Origin: Candidatus Saccharimonadota bacterium
GTDB taxonomy: Bacteria; Patescibacteriota; Gracilibacteria; BD1-5; UBA2023
Direction: 5' to 3'
NCBI GenBank assembly: GCA_963706795.1
Contig: OY970170.1
Location: 450,001-482,000, forward strand
DNA: 32,000 bases
Part shown: one piece after another, positions 11,333 to 19,666 of the stretch
Layout of the letters: each line of letters opens with the position of its first letter
How positions within the stretch are numbered: position 1 is the first letter of the stretch
Made by a program: the position numbers and the translations under genes
Notes under the pieces: model-generated
What the model was told of the DNA's origin: nothing
The model's database searches: none
What the model saw: the letters and a program-made list of their open reading frames with translations, nothing else

Positions 11333-11355
11333 AAATACTGAATCTTAGGATTAAA

Positions 11356-11394
11356 TTAGCATCGGAATTATATACGTGCTAAAATCTGAGTCAA
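11356..11394 (-). promoter_or_regulatory. groESL promoter (TTGACT-N16-TATAAT) overlapping a degenerate CIRCE-like inverted repeat
   Basis: The minus strand reads TTGACTcagatTTTAGCACGTATATAATTCCGATGCTAAttt. The -35 is at 11389-94 and the -10 at 11367-72. TTAGCAcgt-N9-cgaTGCTAA at 11356-82 resembles CIRCE (TTAGCACTC-N9-GAGTGCTAA). Confidence 0.6.
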
Positions 11395-11413
11395 GAAAAT
11401 ATCCGAGACAGAT

Positions 11414-11441
11414 TTGACAACCCGATCTAAAATCGTACAAA
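11414..11441 (+). promoter_or_regulatory. candidate sigma70-type promoter at the left edge of the SD-led islet
   Basis: TTGACA (11414-19), a 16 nt spacer, then TACAAA (11436-41). Confidence 0.3.
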
Positions 11442-11631
11442 TGTGCTGTCAATCGTCATCTTACCGGATGAAAAGAGGATACTTGGAGGGTTACGATTAT
11501 CGTCGTGATTCTCTGAGGCAAAAGCTTTTCCCGTCAATTCTTCATCAAAAATTAATGGAGGTTTGTATGACTGAAGAATAAACCCTTCAGGAAGCGTGGT
11601 ATTAATGAACATCACGAGAAAGGAAGAAGTT

Positions 11632-12042
11632 ATGCAAAAAGGTATGAGCATCATCTGCATTGTCGGCATGTGCGCAGCAAGCATGGCATCCGCCATGAAT
11701 CTGTCAGTAGCTCTGTCGGCAGAACATGCAATCGAAGGAAAGGTGTTGGTAGTAAGTCAGCCTGGCGAAGGCCTGGATCCGGTCGTCTCCGAAGTTACAC
11801 AACAGGAAATGATCGCACTGATTTGCCCATATCAACTGGAAAAACTGGAAGTCGGCATCTTCGATGTTGGCAAGCTGCAAGCTTCACTTGTAGACAATCA
11901 AAATCCAGTTCTGCCAAATTCTGCCACTCGCCACCCCGCGGTGCTGGGCGTTCAGTCGCCTATCAGCGCACAGCAAAAAAATATCAAAGTCGCCTACAGT
12001 GCCAGCCGTATCGACAAGCCAGGCGGGCATCTCCGCTTGTAG
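11632..12042 (+). CDS. hypothetical secreted protein (136 aa), orphan
   Basis: SD-like AAGGA lies 7 nt upstream of ATG 11632. The N-terminus MQKGMSIICIVGMCAASMASA resembles a signal peptide. No in-frame TGA; TAG stop at 12040-42. I recognise no family. Confidence 0.6.
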   Translation: MQKGMSIICIVGMCAASMASAMNLSVALSAEHAIEGKVLVVSQPGEGLDPVVSEVTQQEMIALICPYQLEKLEVGIFDVGKLQASLVDNQNPVLPNSATRHPAVLGVQSPISAQQKNIKVAYSASRIDKPGGHLRL

Positions 12043-12158
12043 CTCGGTCAGGCCGTTGTAAAGTAATAGAAGTTGTCCCGCTCACGACCCGCACTTGGAC
12101 CCTCAAATGTTTTACCCAAGAGCGAGCCGTGAGCATCCCTTCAACACAGGAGTAAACC

Positions 12159-12440
12159 ATGAGTCAGCTCGGTTCGACTATCCAAACCGCCATATTATCG
12201 GTAGATTGGTCAGTTCGTAAACTCGCCGAGAAATCAGGTTTATCTCCAAGTGCGATTTCCGCAATTGAAGATGGCAAAAACCAGATTTCTTTGCGGAGCA
12301 TGGAAAAAGTTGCAAAAGCTTTCGGTATTAAAGTCGAAGAACTCTTCATTCTTGATGAAAATTTGACTGAATTACAAAACGAAGTAGCAAGACTGCAGCT
12401 AGAAATGAAAGAAATGGTACTAAAAGTTGTTCTGTTGTAA
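12159..12440 (+). CDS. XRE-family helix-turn-helix regulator with C-terminal coiled coil (93 aa)
   Basis: AGGAG lies 6 nt upstream of ATG 12159. HTH_3 pattern: SVRKLAEKSGLSPSAISAIEDGKNQISLRSMEKVAKAFGIKVEELF. The C-terminus LTELQNEVARLQLEMKEM has heptad character. TAA stop. Confidence 0.8.
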   Translation: MSQLGSTIQTAILSVDWSVRKLAEKSGLSPSAISAIEDGKNQISLRSMEKVAKAFGIKVEELFILDENLTELQNEVARLQLEMKEMVLKVVLL

Positions 12441-12460
12441 TTCAAATTAAGGAGGATTCC

Positions 12461-12502
12461 ATGGATCATGCACCCAAGCTGGACGAGCTGAGCTTGGTTT
12501 AA
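12461..12502 (+). CDS. micro-ORF 1 (13 codons, MDHAPKLDELSLV)
   Basis: AAGGAGG (12449-55), a 5 nt spacer, ATG 12461, TAA stop at 12500-02. Confidence 0.4.
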   Translation: MDHAPKLDELSLV

Positions 12503-12538
12503 TCAGCCGAAGTTTCGTAAAAACGCAGGAGTAATAAA

Positions 12539-12565
12539 ATGTTGGACAAAAAACCTGGTCTTTGA
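12539..12565 (+). CDS. micro-ORF 2 (8 codons, MLDKKPGL, if TGA is a stop; 31 codons under table 25)
   Basis: AGGAG (12527-31), a 7 nt spacer, ATG 12539, TGA at 12563-65. Confidence 0.25.
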   Translation: MLDKKPGL

Positions 12566-12600
12566 TGTAGTATAGCAATACTCGGATTAAGGAGAATCTC

Positions 12601-12642
12601 ATGAAACGCGTCGCCAAAATGGATATTGAAATAATGGTGTAA
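12601..12642 (+). CDS. micro-ORF 3 (13 codons, MKRVAKMDIEIMV)
   Basis: AAGGAG (12589-94), a 6 nt spacer, ATG 12601, TAA stop at 12640-42. Its upstream context ATTAAGGAGnATnnCATG is shared with micro-ORF 1. Confidence 0.4.
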   Translation: MKRVAKMDIEIMV

Positions 12643-12687
12643 AAAACTGGCGTTAATAAACCCTGTCATTATCACAAGGAGCAAGAC

Positions 12688-12729
12688 ATGCCGCAAGGTT
12701 ATCTGCAATGCGTTGAGATCACGTTCTGA
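12688..12729 (+). CDS. micro-ORF 4 (13 codons, MPQGYLQCVEITF, if TGA is a stop)
   Basis: AAGGAG (12676-81), a 6 nt spacer, ATG 12688, TGA at 12727-29. Under table 25 it would read through the terminator into the secD start region, which seems implausible. Confidence 0.3.
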   Translation: MPQGYLQCVEITF

Positions 12730-12782
12730 TCTCATGCGTATAATTCTCAAAATATAGAATACACCCACGCCCAGAGGGCAAT

Positions 12783-12807
12783 AACCGGATCTCAGATCCG
12801 GTTTTTT
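12783..12807 (+). terminator. rho-independent terminator closing the islet
   Basis: aaccggatc (12783-91) pairs with gatccggtt (12795-803), followed by a T-run to 12807. Confidence 0.85.
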
Positions 12808-12860
12808 CATGCCCAAACGTGTAAAATACGTGCAATATACAATTCTTCACCAAGCTTTTT

Positions 12861-12888
12861 TTGACCTTTGGTGGGTTTTCTCTATACT
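12861..12888 (+). promoter_or_regulatory. candidate secD promoter TTGACC-N16-TATACT
   Basis: The -35 is at 12861-66 and the -10 at 12883-88, about 31 nt upstream of the secD ATG. Confidence 0.5.
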
Positions 12889-12919
12889 TCGCGACAACTT
12901 TCATTTTGCATTTTTTCCT

Positions 12920-14707
12920 ATGAAGTGACTCGGCATTAAACTCGCATCCATCGTTATTTTAACGGTTCTTGCATTCGGATTTGTATTTCCTTGGAAGCAC
13001 TTTGGTGTGGACACAGGAGTGCAGCTTCCTGATTTTAAACTCGGACTCGACCTCCATGGTGGAGTAGAACTCGATTACAAGATCGATTTCGATGACCTCA
13101 AAAAACGAGGAACCGCCTATGTTGAACGTGATGTGAGCGAAGGACTCAAGTCCATCGTTGAAAAGCGCGTTAATTCTCTCGGTACGGCAGAGCCAACGAT
13201 TTCTACTGCAAGCTACGGTGGAGAATCTCACATCATCGTGCAGATCCCAACTCAGAGCTTCGCCGGAGAAAATCTCTCTGATGCTGAGATCAAGGTTCGT
13301 AATAACGAATATATCGCCAAGGCTAAGGATACTATTGGTAAGGTTGTTCGTCTCGAATTCAAAGAAAAAAAGGACACGGTTACTGATGCAGACCGAGCAG
13401 CTCGTAAGACCATTGCTGATGACGCCCACAAGGAGCTCGTAGCAAACAGCGACTTTGCAAGCATCGCTAAAAAATACGTACAGAATAACGAGAATGTTGG
13501 CTATTTCACAGGAACCGAAGCAAAAGAATCACTTCCACCCGAGCTCGCATTTACTGGCTTTACAAGCATTACAAAGACTGGACTTACAGATGTACTCCTC
13601 GGAGAAAAAACTGGAACGTACACTCTCGGTGCAGATGGAAAGCTCGTAAAATCAGCTGGAGAAAAGGCATACGTAATCGCCAATATCACTGCAATTAAGA
13701 GCGTTACAAAAGAACGTGACGTTACAGCCAGTGGAGCTACAGCTTCAGGAGCTACTAAAAAAGAAAAATACGAGACAAAAGAAATGAGCTACGAAGTCCT
13801 CTATATCAGCGAACGACCAAGCGAATGGATGGCAGCAAAGACAGCTGACGGTAAGGTACTTGATGAGAAGTATCTCTCTCGAGCAAGTGTAGGTTTCACT
13901 CAGGGCTACATGCCACAGATCGACCTTCTCTTTAATGAAGAAGGAAAGAAGATCTTCGCAGAGCTTACAAAGCGCATGATCGGGAAACCTCTCGCGATCT
14001 ACGTAGGTGGAGAGCAGCTCACAGCTCCAACGGTTCAATCAGTTATTCCAGACGGACACGCTGTAATTACTGGACAGTATTCAGCCGAAGAAGCAAAGAA
14101 GCTCGCAAATGACATCAATACTGGTATCGTTCCTGCTCCAATTTATCTCACGAGCGAACGAGCAATCGATGCAAAGATCGGAGCTGATGCTCTCACAGTA
14201 ATCATCCAGGCTGGTATTATTGGGCTTCTTGCGATCATCGTATTCCTCGTGGTATTCTACCGCGTATCTGGACTGCTTGCCGGTGTTGCACTCGTTATTT
14301 ACGGAATCCTTCTCCTTGCCATCATCAAGGCACTTGGAATCGTTCTTACACTTGCTGGTATCGCGGGTATTATCCTCTCGATCGGTCTCGCGATTGACGC
14401 GAATATCCTCATCTTCGAGCGCACAAAAGAAGCACTCCGAGATGGAGCTGACACGACTCGCGCTACGATCGTTGGATTCTCAAAGTCATGGACAGCGATC
14501 TGGGATTCGCATATTACTTCTCTCACGTCAGCGGTTATCCTCTATATTTTTGGAGTATCGCTCATTAAGGGTTTCGGTCTCGCACTTGGAATTGGTATCG
14601 CACTCTCACTCTTCACTGCTATGTGGGTATCACGCATTCTCATCCTCTCAGTAGGAAGCAAATTCAATGGACGCGAAAAAGCTTTCGTCGGACTAAGCAA
14701 GAAATAA
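12920..14707 (+). CDS. secD: protein translocase subunit SecD (595 aa)
   Basis: ATG 12920 then MK[TGA]LGIKLASIVILTVLAFGFVFPW supplies the missing N-terminal TM helix, in frame with ORF 13007..14707. LGLDLHGGVEL motif, a large periplasmic domain and a C-terminal five-TM bundle. TAA stop. Confidence 0.9.
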
Positions 14708-14715
14708 TCTCGAAA

Positions 14716-14742
14716 AGAACCGGTCGAACCGGTTCTTTTTTT
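14716..14742 (+). terminator. rho-independent terminator after secD
   Basis: agaaccgg (14716-23) pairs with ccggttct (14729-36), followed by a T-run to 14742. Confidence 0.85.
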
Positions 14743-14765
14743 AGTGCAAAATCACAAAGAACAGA

Positions 14766-14794
14766 TTGAGAATTTATAAAAAGATATATACAAT
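14766..14794 (+). promoter_or_regulatory. promoter TTGAGA-N17-TACAAT placed for a leaderless transcript
   Basis: The -10 ends at 14794, and the ATG of the HAD gene is at 14801, only 6 nt downstream. Confidence 0.5.
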
Positions 14795-14800
14795 ACCCCC

Positions 14801-15442
14801 ATGCAAAAACCTTCCGCACTTATCCTCGATTTGGACTTTACTATTGCACACCTTGAAGGTGGCTACGAAGCAATCTACGGCACACTTGCCACATTTGAAA
14901 TACCCCGCTACGAAGCTCGCACGCTCCTGCGAAAGGTTGCTGACAGCGAAGCAGGATTTACCTTCGATTCCTACATACAGGCACTCGAAGCCGAATGACT
15001 GAAGGCAGACTGGAGTGCGGTAACAAGTGCCCTTGAGGCCCTTTTTAAAAAGAGTTTTGTACTCTATCCAGATGTGCTTGGTTTACTAGAAGCAGTAAGA
15101 TCCAAAAATATTCCGATTATCGTGATCACAAACGGCAATCCAATATTCCAACAAATGAAGCTCGATCTCATACCTTTTGCATTTGATTCCACCCACATAA
15201 CAACTACGCCCAAAGCAAAGGGCGACATCATCTACAAAATCCAGCAGCAAACTGGAGCCAATGTCTGGCTCATAGAAAGCAAACGACGAGAGCTCGTACG
15301 AATATTTGAGACTCCAAAGATCAAAAAAGCGATGATTACCCTCTTTGAAATCGATCGCCCTGACAAGTCACACAAAGAGACCACCAAAGATGATCGATTT
15401 GTTTCGATCTCGCAATTTACTCCACTTATTGAACAACTCTAA
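14801..15442 (+). CDS. HAD-superfamily hydrolase (213 aa)
   Basis: Fragments 14801..14998 and 15074..15442 are in frame, joined through TGA at 14996-98. Motif I is LILDLDFT (DxDxT); motif II region is IIVITNG. TAA stop. Confidence 0.7.
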
Positions 15443-15444
15443 GT

Positions 15445-16182
15445 ATGCTCGGTTTTTTTGACTCTGGAATTGGCTGACTCGAAGTCATGAAGGCATTCCG
15501 CAAAAAATTCCCAGATCTGGACATGGTCTATTTTGGTGACCGAGCAAACTGTCCCTACGGAGATCGCCCTAGTGAAGAAATTCGTAGTCTCACAACCAAG
15601 TGAGTCGAGTACCTCTTTGATAAAGGCGCAACGATCGTCATCATTGCCTGCAATACTGGAGCAGCGCATGCGGTTCGATTTCTTCAACACGAAAAATATC
15701 CATTCTGATCGGGCAAACAAGTCCTCAGTGTCACTGTACCCTGAGCCGAAAAAGCAGCAGAGCTCGGATATAAAAAAATTGGGATCCTCGCAACCAAGGC
15801 AACCGTATCATCTGGCGTCTACCGCGAACGTATACAGCTCCTCGATCCATCCATCGAAGTCCAAGAAATCGCAGCCCCAGGCCTCGTAAATCTCATCGAG
15901 GCAGATTCGCATGATCGCGTAACGATTCGTGAGCTTCTCAATATTTATTTGGGGAAATTCGCACCAGATACGCAGGCCCTCGTACTTGGATGTACCCACT
16001 ACCCAATCATACGTCAGGAGATCACCAATATGTGGAAAAAGTGCCATGGTACCCCTATCACCATCGTCGATCCCGCTGATGAGGCAGCAATTCGATTCGA
16101 AAGCTATTTAAAACGTCATCCGGAATTCCAGATGACGCATGAGGGAAAGGAGAATATTTTTTGGAGCAAGCAGGCTAAGTAA
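15445..16182 (+). CDS. murI: glutamate racemase
   Basis: ATG 15445 gives MLGFFDSGIG[TGA]LEV (canonical FDSGxGG), then IIACNTGAA and LVLGCTHYP (the two catalytic Cys motifs). Four in-frame TGA. The standard-code track does not recover the full-length gene (only the C-terminal fragment 15949..16182 appears as an ORF). TAA stop at 16180-82. Confidence 0.9.
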
Positions 16183-17953
16183 GGATGTCCTTAGGGACAT
16201 TGTAGTATTTTGATATTTTTTCAAGATATACCGGAGTCATTACCTCATTTCAATAGTAATACGTCGGGAAAAGAATTGGACCGATTTCGAGCGTTCTTTG
16301 GCGATCTTTGTACTCGTCATGATGCGTTGGCGAGAGAAGATCCTGCTCAGCAGCAATATAGCTCGGCAGATCAAAAAATTGAAGCTCTACATGGAGATCG
16401 CGTTCGAGTTTCGCGGCAATCTGATAGTACGGTTCGATAGCATGTCAGAGCTCATTGAGTTGAGAGTGTAGACCGCGATTCTTGCGACTTTTCATCGAAG
16501 TAGTTCGAAGACTCGCGAGTACCTCGGATGTTTGAGAAACCTTGTTCTTTACGGAATCAAAATTATGAGGAATGCGAATGACGCACTTTCTGCAATTTCA
16601 TTGGCTATTTGGGACATTTTCGATCATTTCACGATACGAAGCACCAAGTTCAGAGACGAGCATGTCTAAGAGTGCATCCATCTGACTAAAGTCTTCTAGA
16701 ACCATCATCATTCCTGTGTAATCAAGCACTTGACTATCGGGTTTGCGAAGACTTTTTTCAAGGCGAGAGTCTGCATCTTTGAGGGTACGGAACTGAAGAT
16801 GCTCGAGCTTAAAGGATTTTTGTCGGAAGCTTTTCTCCCCTGGATCGAGCTTTCATCGAAGTGTTGCAGACTCAAAACGGAAGGTATGCGGCACCTTTTT
16901 GTCATGCTTCGTAAAGATGTAACCACCCTCAGCATTTCGATCCCATTTGATATATTGGGTGCTCGTAAATTCGTATGCAGGATTCTTTGTGCCTGCGGGT
17001 ACCACTGGTGCCTCACGATCACGGACAATGAGCTTTGTGACTTTTTCGACGAGTACATTTTCATCGATGCTATGCAAAATAGCATCGGATGCACGATCAT
17101 TTTGACTGTATCGAACCGTTAAGCCCAAAAGTCTGCGAATTTCCCATTGTGCGAGATCAAACTGTGATACTGCACTTTCTTCGGCAGCTTCTTCGTTGTC
17201 TCACAGATTCTTGTCGACTGTTGCAGTATTAATTTTTTTGTGCTCCATTTTGGATTTCTCAAGCTCAAAATAGAGAGCGACGTACTCTCGTACATTCATT
17301 GGTGGCACAGATGGATCATCTCCATGGATTTGATTGTAGTATTCACTCTGAAAAAGACCATCAGAAGATTTACCGATTTCTTTTTTATAGACTTCTTCAA
17401 ATCCTTTAACATAGCGCTGCACAAAAGCGATGGCGGGGATAAGATTTTTGCGGGCAATCTCATCTATTTCTTCGACTGACTTGATCTGACATTCCTCGCG
17501 TGAGAGACCAAGTTTTCGGCCAAGCCAGTCTTTATAGTAAGCATCTCAACGGAGATAACTTTCTTCTGGTGATGCATCTTCGGGGATTACCGGCTCAGAA
17601 AGATCAGCTGGATAGGCACCCATATATTTAGCTGCCGCTATAAATCTGCGTGTATCCCTGGGATTCGGATGCGAAGCAAGCAAAGGATCGTAGTATTCAG
17701 TACGATCTTTGAGAGAGTCTCAAAGGACTTTTTTTGCTTTTTTGACCTGTGCTTTTCACTTATATTCTGATGAATCCAAAAGACTGGTGACTGCTCACTT
17801 GGTATTCTCGATATTTGCTTGGATCAGCTTCATATAGGCAATGGCCTGAGGACCAAGAGCACTTTGGAGAAGCGTATTCATTGCTCAAATATCGTCTGCA
17901 GAAAATACTGCGAGATCGAGGGAAGGACCCTCATGTTGAATGAGATCAGACAT
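16175..17953 (-). CDS. hypothetical protein (592 aa), no recognisable domain
   Basis: I hand-translated a single frame linking track ORFs 17201..17422 and 16853..17128. ATG 17953; ten in-frame TGA. The TAG stop at 16175-77 overlaps the convergent murI 3' end by 8 nt. Confidence 0.7.
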
Positions 17954-18044
17954 ATAACAAAAAATATAATTCGTTCATTTGCCACGAATGGGTTTTTTCG
18001 TAGACTTTGCCTGATTTTATCAGATAAGACCAGGCAACGCAAAA

Positions 18045-19352
18045 ATGCTCGCAATGTATGGGAAGGCTCGCGTATGAGACAGTGTCATGGAACTCGCAAA
18101 ATCCCTCAACATCGCCATAAAACAGGTGGATGATGCAGACTCCGATTTTCGATCGGATGATTTTTTGGCGATTATTCCAACGCCAGGTGTGAATCCAAAA
18201 AATCGAGCATACACAAGTGGCAATATTCTCTCTGAGCTCGACTTTGCATATCGCTATTTGCCGAAGGGATTTAAGATTTTGGCGGTCACCGGAACTGATG
18301 GAAAGTCGACCACTGCATGGATGCTCTATGAACTCATGCGTCATGAGTACGGAGATGATCGTGTATTTTTATCAGGGAATTTTGAGATTCCCTTCTCAGA
18401 AACCGTTCTCGACATCCGAAATCGTGGACTCAAAAATGGCTATATCGTACTCGAGGTTTCAAGCTTTATGGCGTATTCGATCGGGCTGCGACACGGGATC
18501 GAAACGCTTCCAAAGTGAGCGCGTGATGAGGGATTTATGGCGGATTATACGATTTTTACAAACTTTCAAACAGATCACATCAACTGGCATGGTTCGTTTA
18601 GGGAGTACTTTGAGGCGAAAAAAAATCTCATTGATCACACTACAAAACGATCCATTATCGAAGAATGAATCCTTCAAAAAGAGCGCCAGTTTGAGTGAAT
18701 TACTCCGATGAAAAATATCCGAGTATTTGGACGTTCAGCGGAACTCAAAGATCGAGTATCTGGCTCGGATATTGTGATTTCTGGTCGCAAAAAATATCGT
18801 CTTGAAGAGACACATTTTAAGGGGGCTCATAATGCACTCAATATCCTTGCTGCCACCCTCGTCACAAATGAGCTCAGAATATGCTCGAAGCGGACAAAAG
18901 TCTATCTCCAGTCTATCCAAGGACTTCCACACCGGCTCGAGTTGGTAAAAACCGAGAATTGAATATCATATGTCGACGATTCAAAGTCAACCTCCTCGCA
19001 AAGCCTCACGGCAGCGCTTGGATCGTATGATTCGAAGTCGGTCATTCTCATTGCTGGAGGTTCGGATAAGGGAGATGAATTTGATTCGCTTGAGACACTG
19101 TTTCGAGCTCGTGTAAAATTCGTCGTCTGCATCGGAGCCACACGCGAAAAATTTAAAACGCTCGCTACTTCGTCAGAAGTCCCAAGCGTTTTTGCAGAAA
19201 GTATGCAAGAAGCTGTCTGACTCGCTCGTAGTCAGGCCAAAGAAGGCGATACCGTCCTCCTGTCTCCCGGATGCGCCAGCTTTGGCATGTTCCGAGATTA
19301 TCTGGATCGTGCAGAGCAATTCAAAAAAGCTGTTTACGACATCACGCAATAA
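18045..19352 (+). CDS. murD: UDP-N-acetylmuramoylalanine--D-glutamate ligase
   Basis: Fragments 18087..18518 and 18708..18962 are in frame. VTGTDGKSTT P-loop, TNFQTDHINWHGS, YVDDSKSTS, LLSPGCASFGMF. Five to six in-frame TGA. The start is uncertain (18045, 17988 or 18087). TAA stop at 19350-52. Confidence 0.88.
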
Positions 19353-19358
19353 TTACCA

Positions 19359-19664
19359 ATGAGTAATTTCGATACCTACCTCCACAAGATCTCAAAGATC
19401 GAACCTCTCTCCTACGAGGACGAGTACGCACTCCTCGAGCAGGCTGCCAGTGGTGACCCAATTGCCAAGCAACGCATTGCCGAATCCCGCCTTAAACATA
19501 TTGTTTCACTCGTTTGGGATATAGCAGCAGTAGGTGATCATGTCCTTGCTGCCAATGCCGGAGTACTGAAATGAATCGACGTCTTCGTCAAAAATCCAGG
19601 CAAGTGGAAGAGTCTCGACGAATGCATCGAAGCCTATATTAAAAAAGAAATTATCGAAGACTAG
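19359..19664 (+). CDS. small sigma70 region 1.2-2 like protein (101 aa), lacking regions 3 and 4
   Basis: DTYLHKISKIEPLSYEDEYALLEQAASGDPIAKQRIAESRLKHIVSL...AGVLK[TGA]IDVFVKNPGKWKSLDECIEAYIKKEI follows the sigma70 r1.2/r2.1-2.3 pattern. TAG stop at 19662-64, 2 nt before the murC ATG. Confidence 0.6.
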
Positions 19665-19666
19665 CC

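Noticed and set aside
11427-11696. 89 aa minus-strand ORF in the left part of the islet
   Set aside because: It overlaps the SD and start of the plus-strand gene and has no start signal. I could not support it. A plus-strand 46-codon ORF (11441..11581, ending MTEE after a GGAGG) is equally unsupported.
11670-12155. 161 aa Arg-rich ORF overlapping the 136 aa secreted-protein gene in another frame
   Set aside because: Its Arg/Ser/Gly-rich low-complexity translation is typical of an off-frame read of a GC-richer gene. It has no SD or start context.
12441-12810. CRISPR-like or tandem-repeat array explanation for the regularly spaced SD-ATG units
   Set aside because: Only the RBS context (about 18 nt) is shared between units. 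There are no 25-40 nt direct repeats with unique spacers, and unit spacing is irregular (78, 62 and 87 nt between ATGs).
11428-12838. Imperfect direct repeat flanking the islet (taaaatcgtacaaat at 11428-42 and taaaatacgtgcaatat at 12822-38) as att or target-site duplication
   Set aside because: Only about 12 of 14 positions match with an indel, in AT-rich promoter-like sequence. That is too weak to call without statistics. It is worth rechecking computationally.
12920-14707. SecDF fusion protein
   Set aside because: The length (595 aa) and the single C-terminal TM bundle fit SecD alone.
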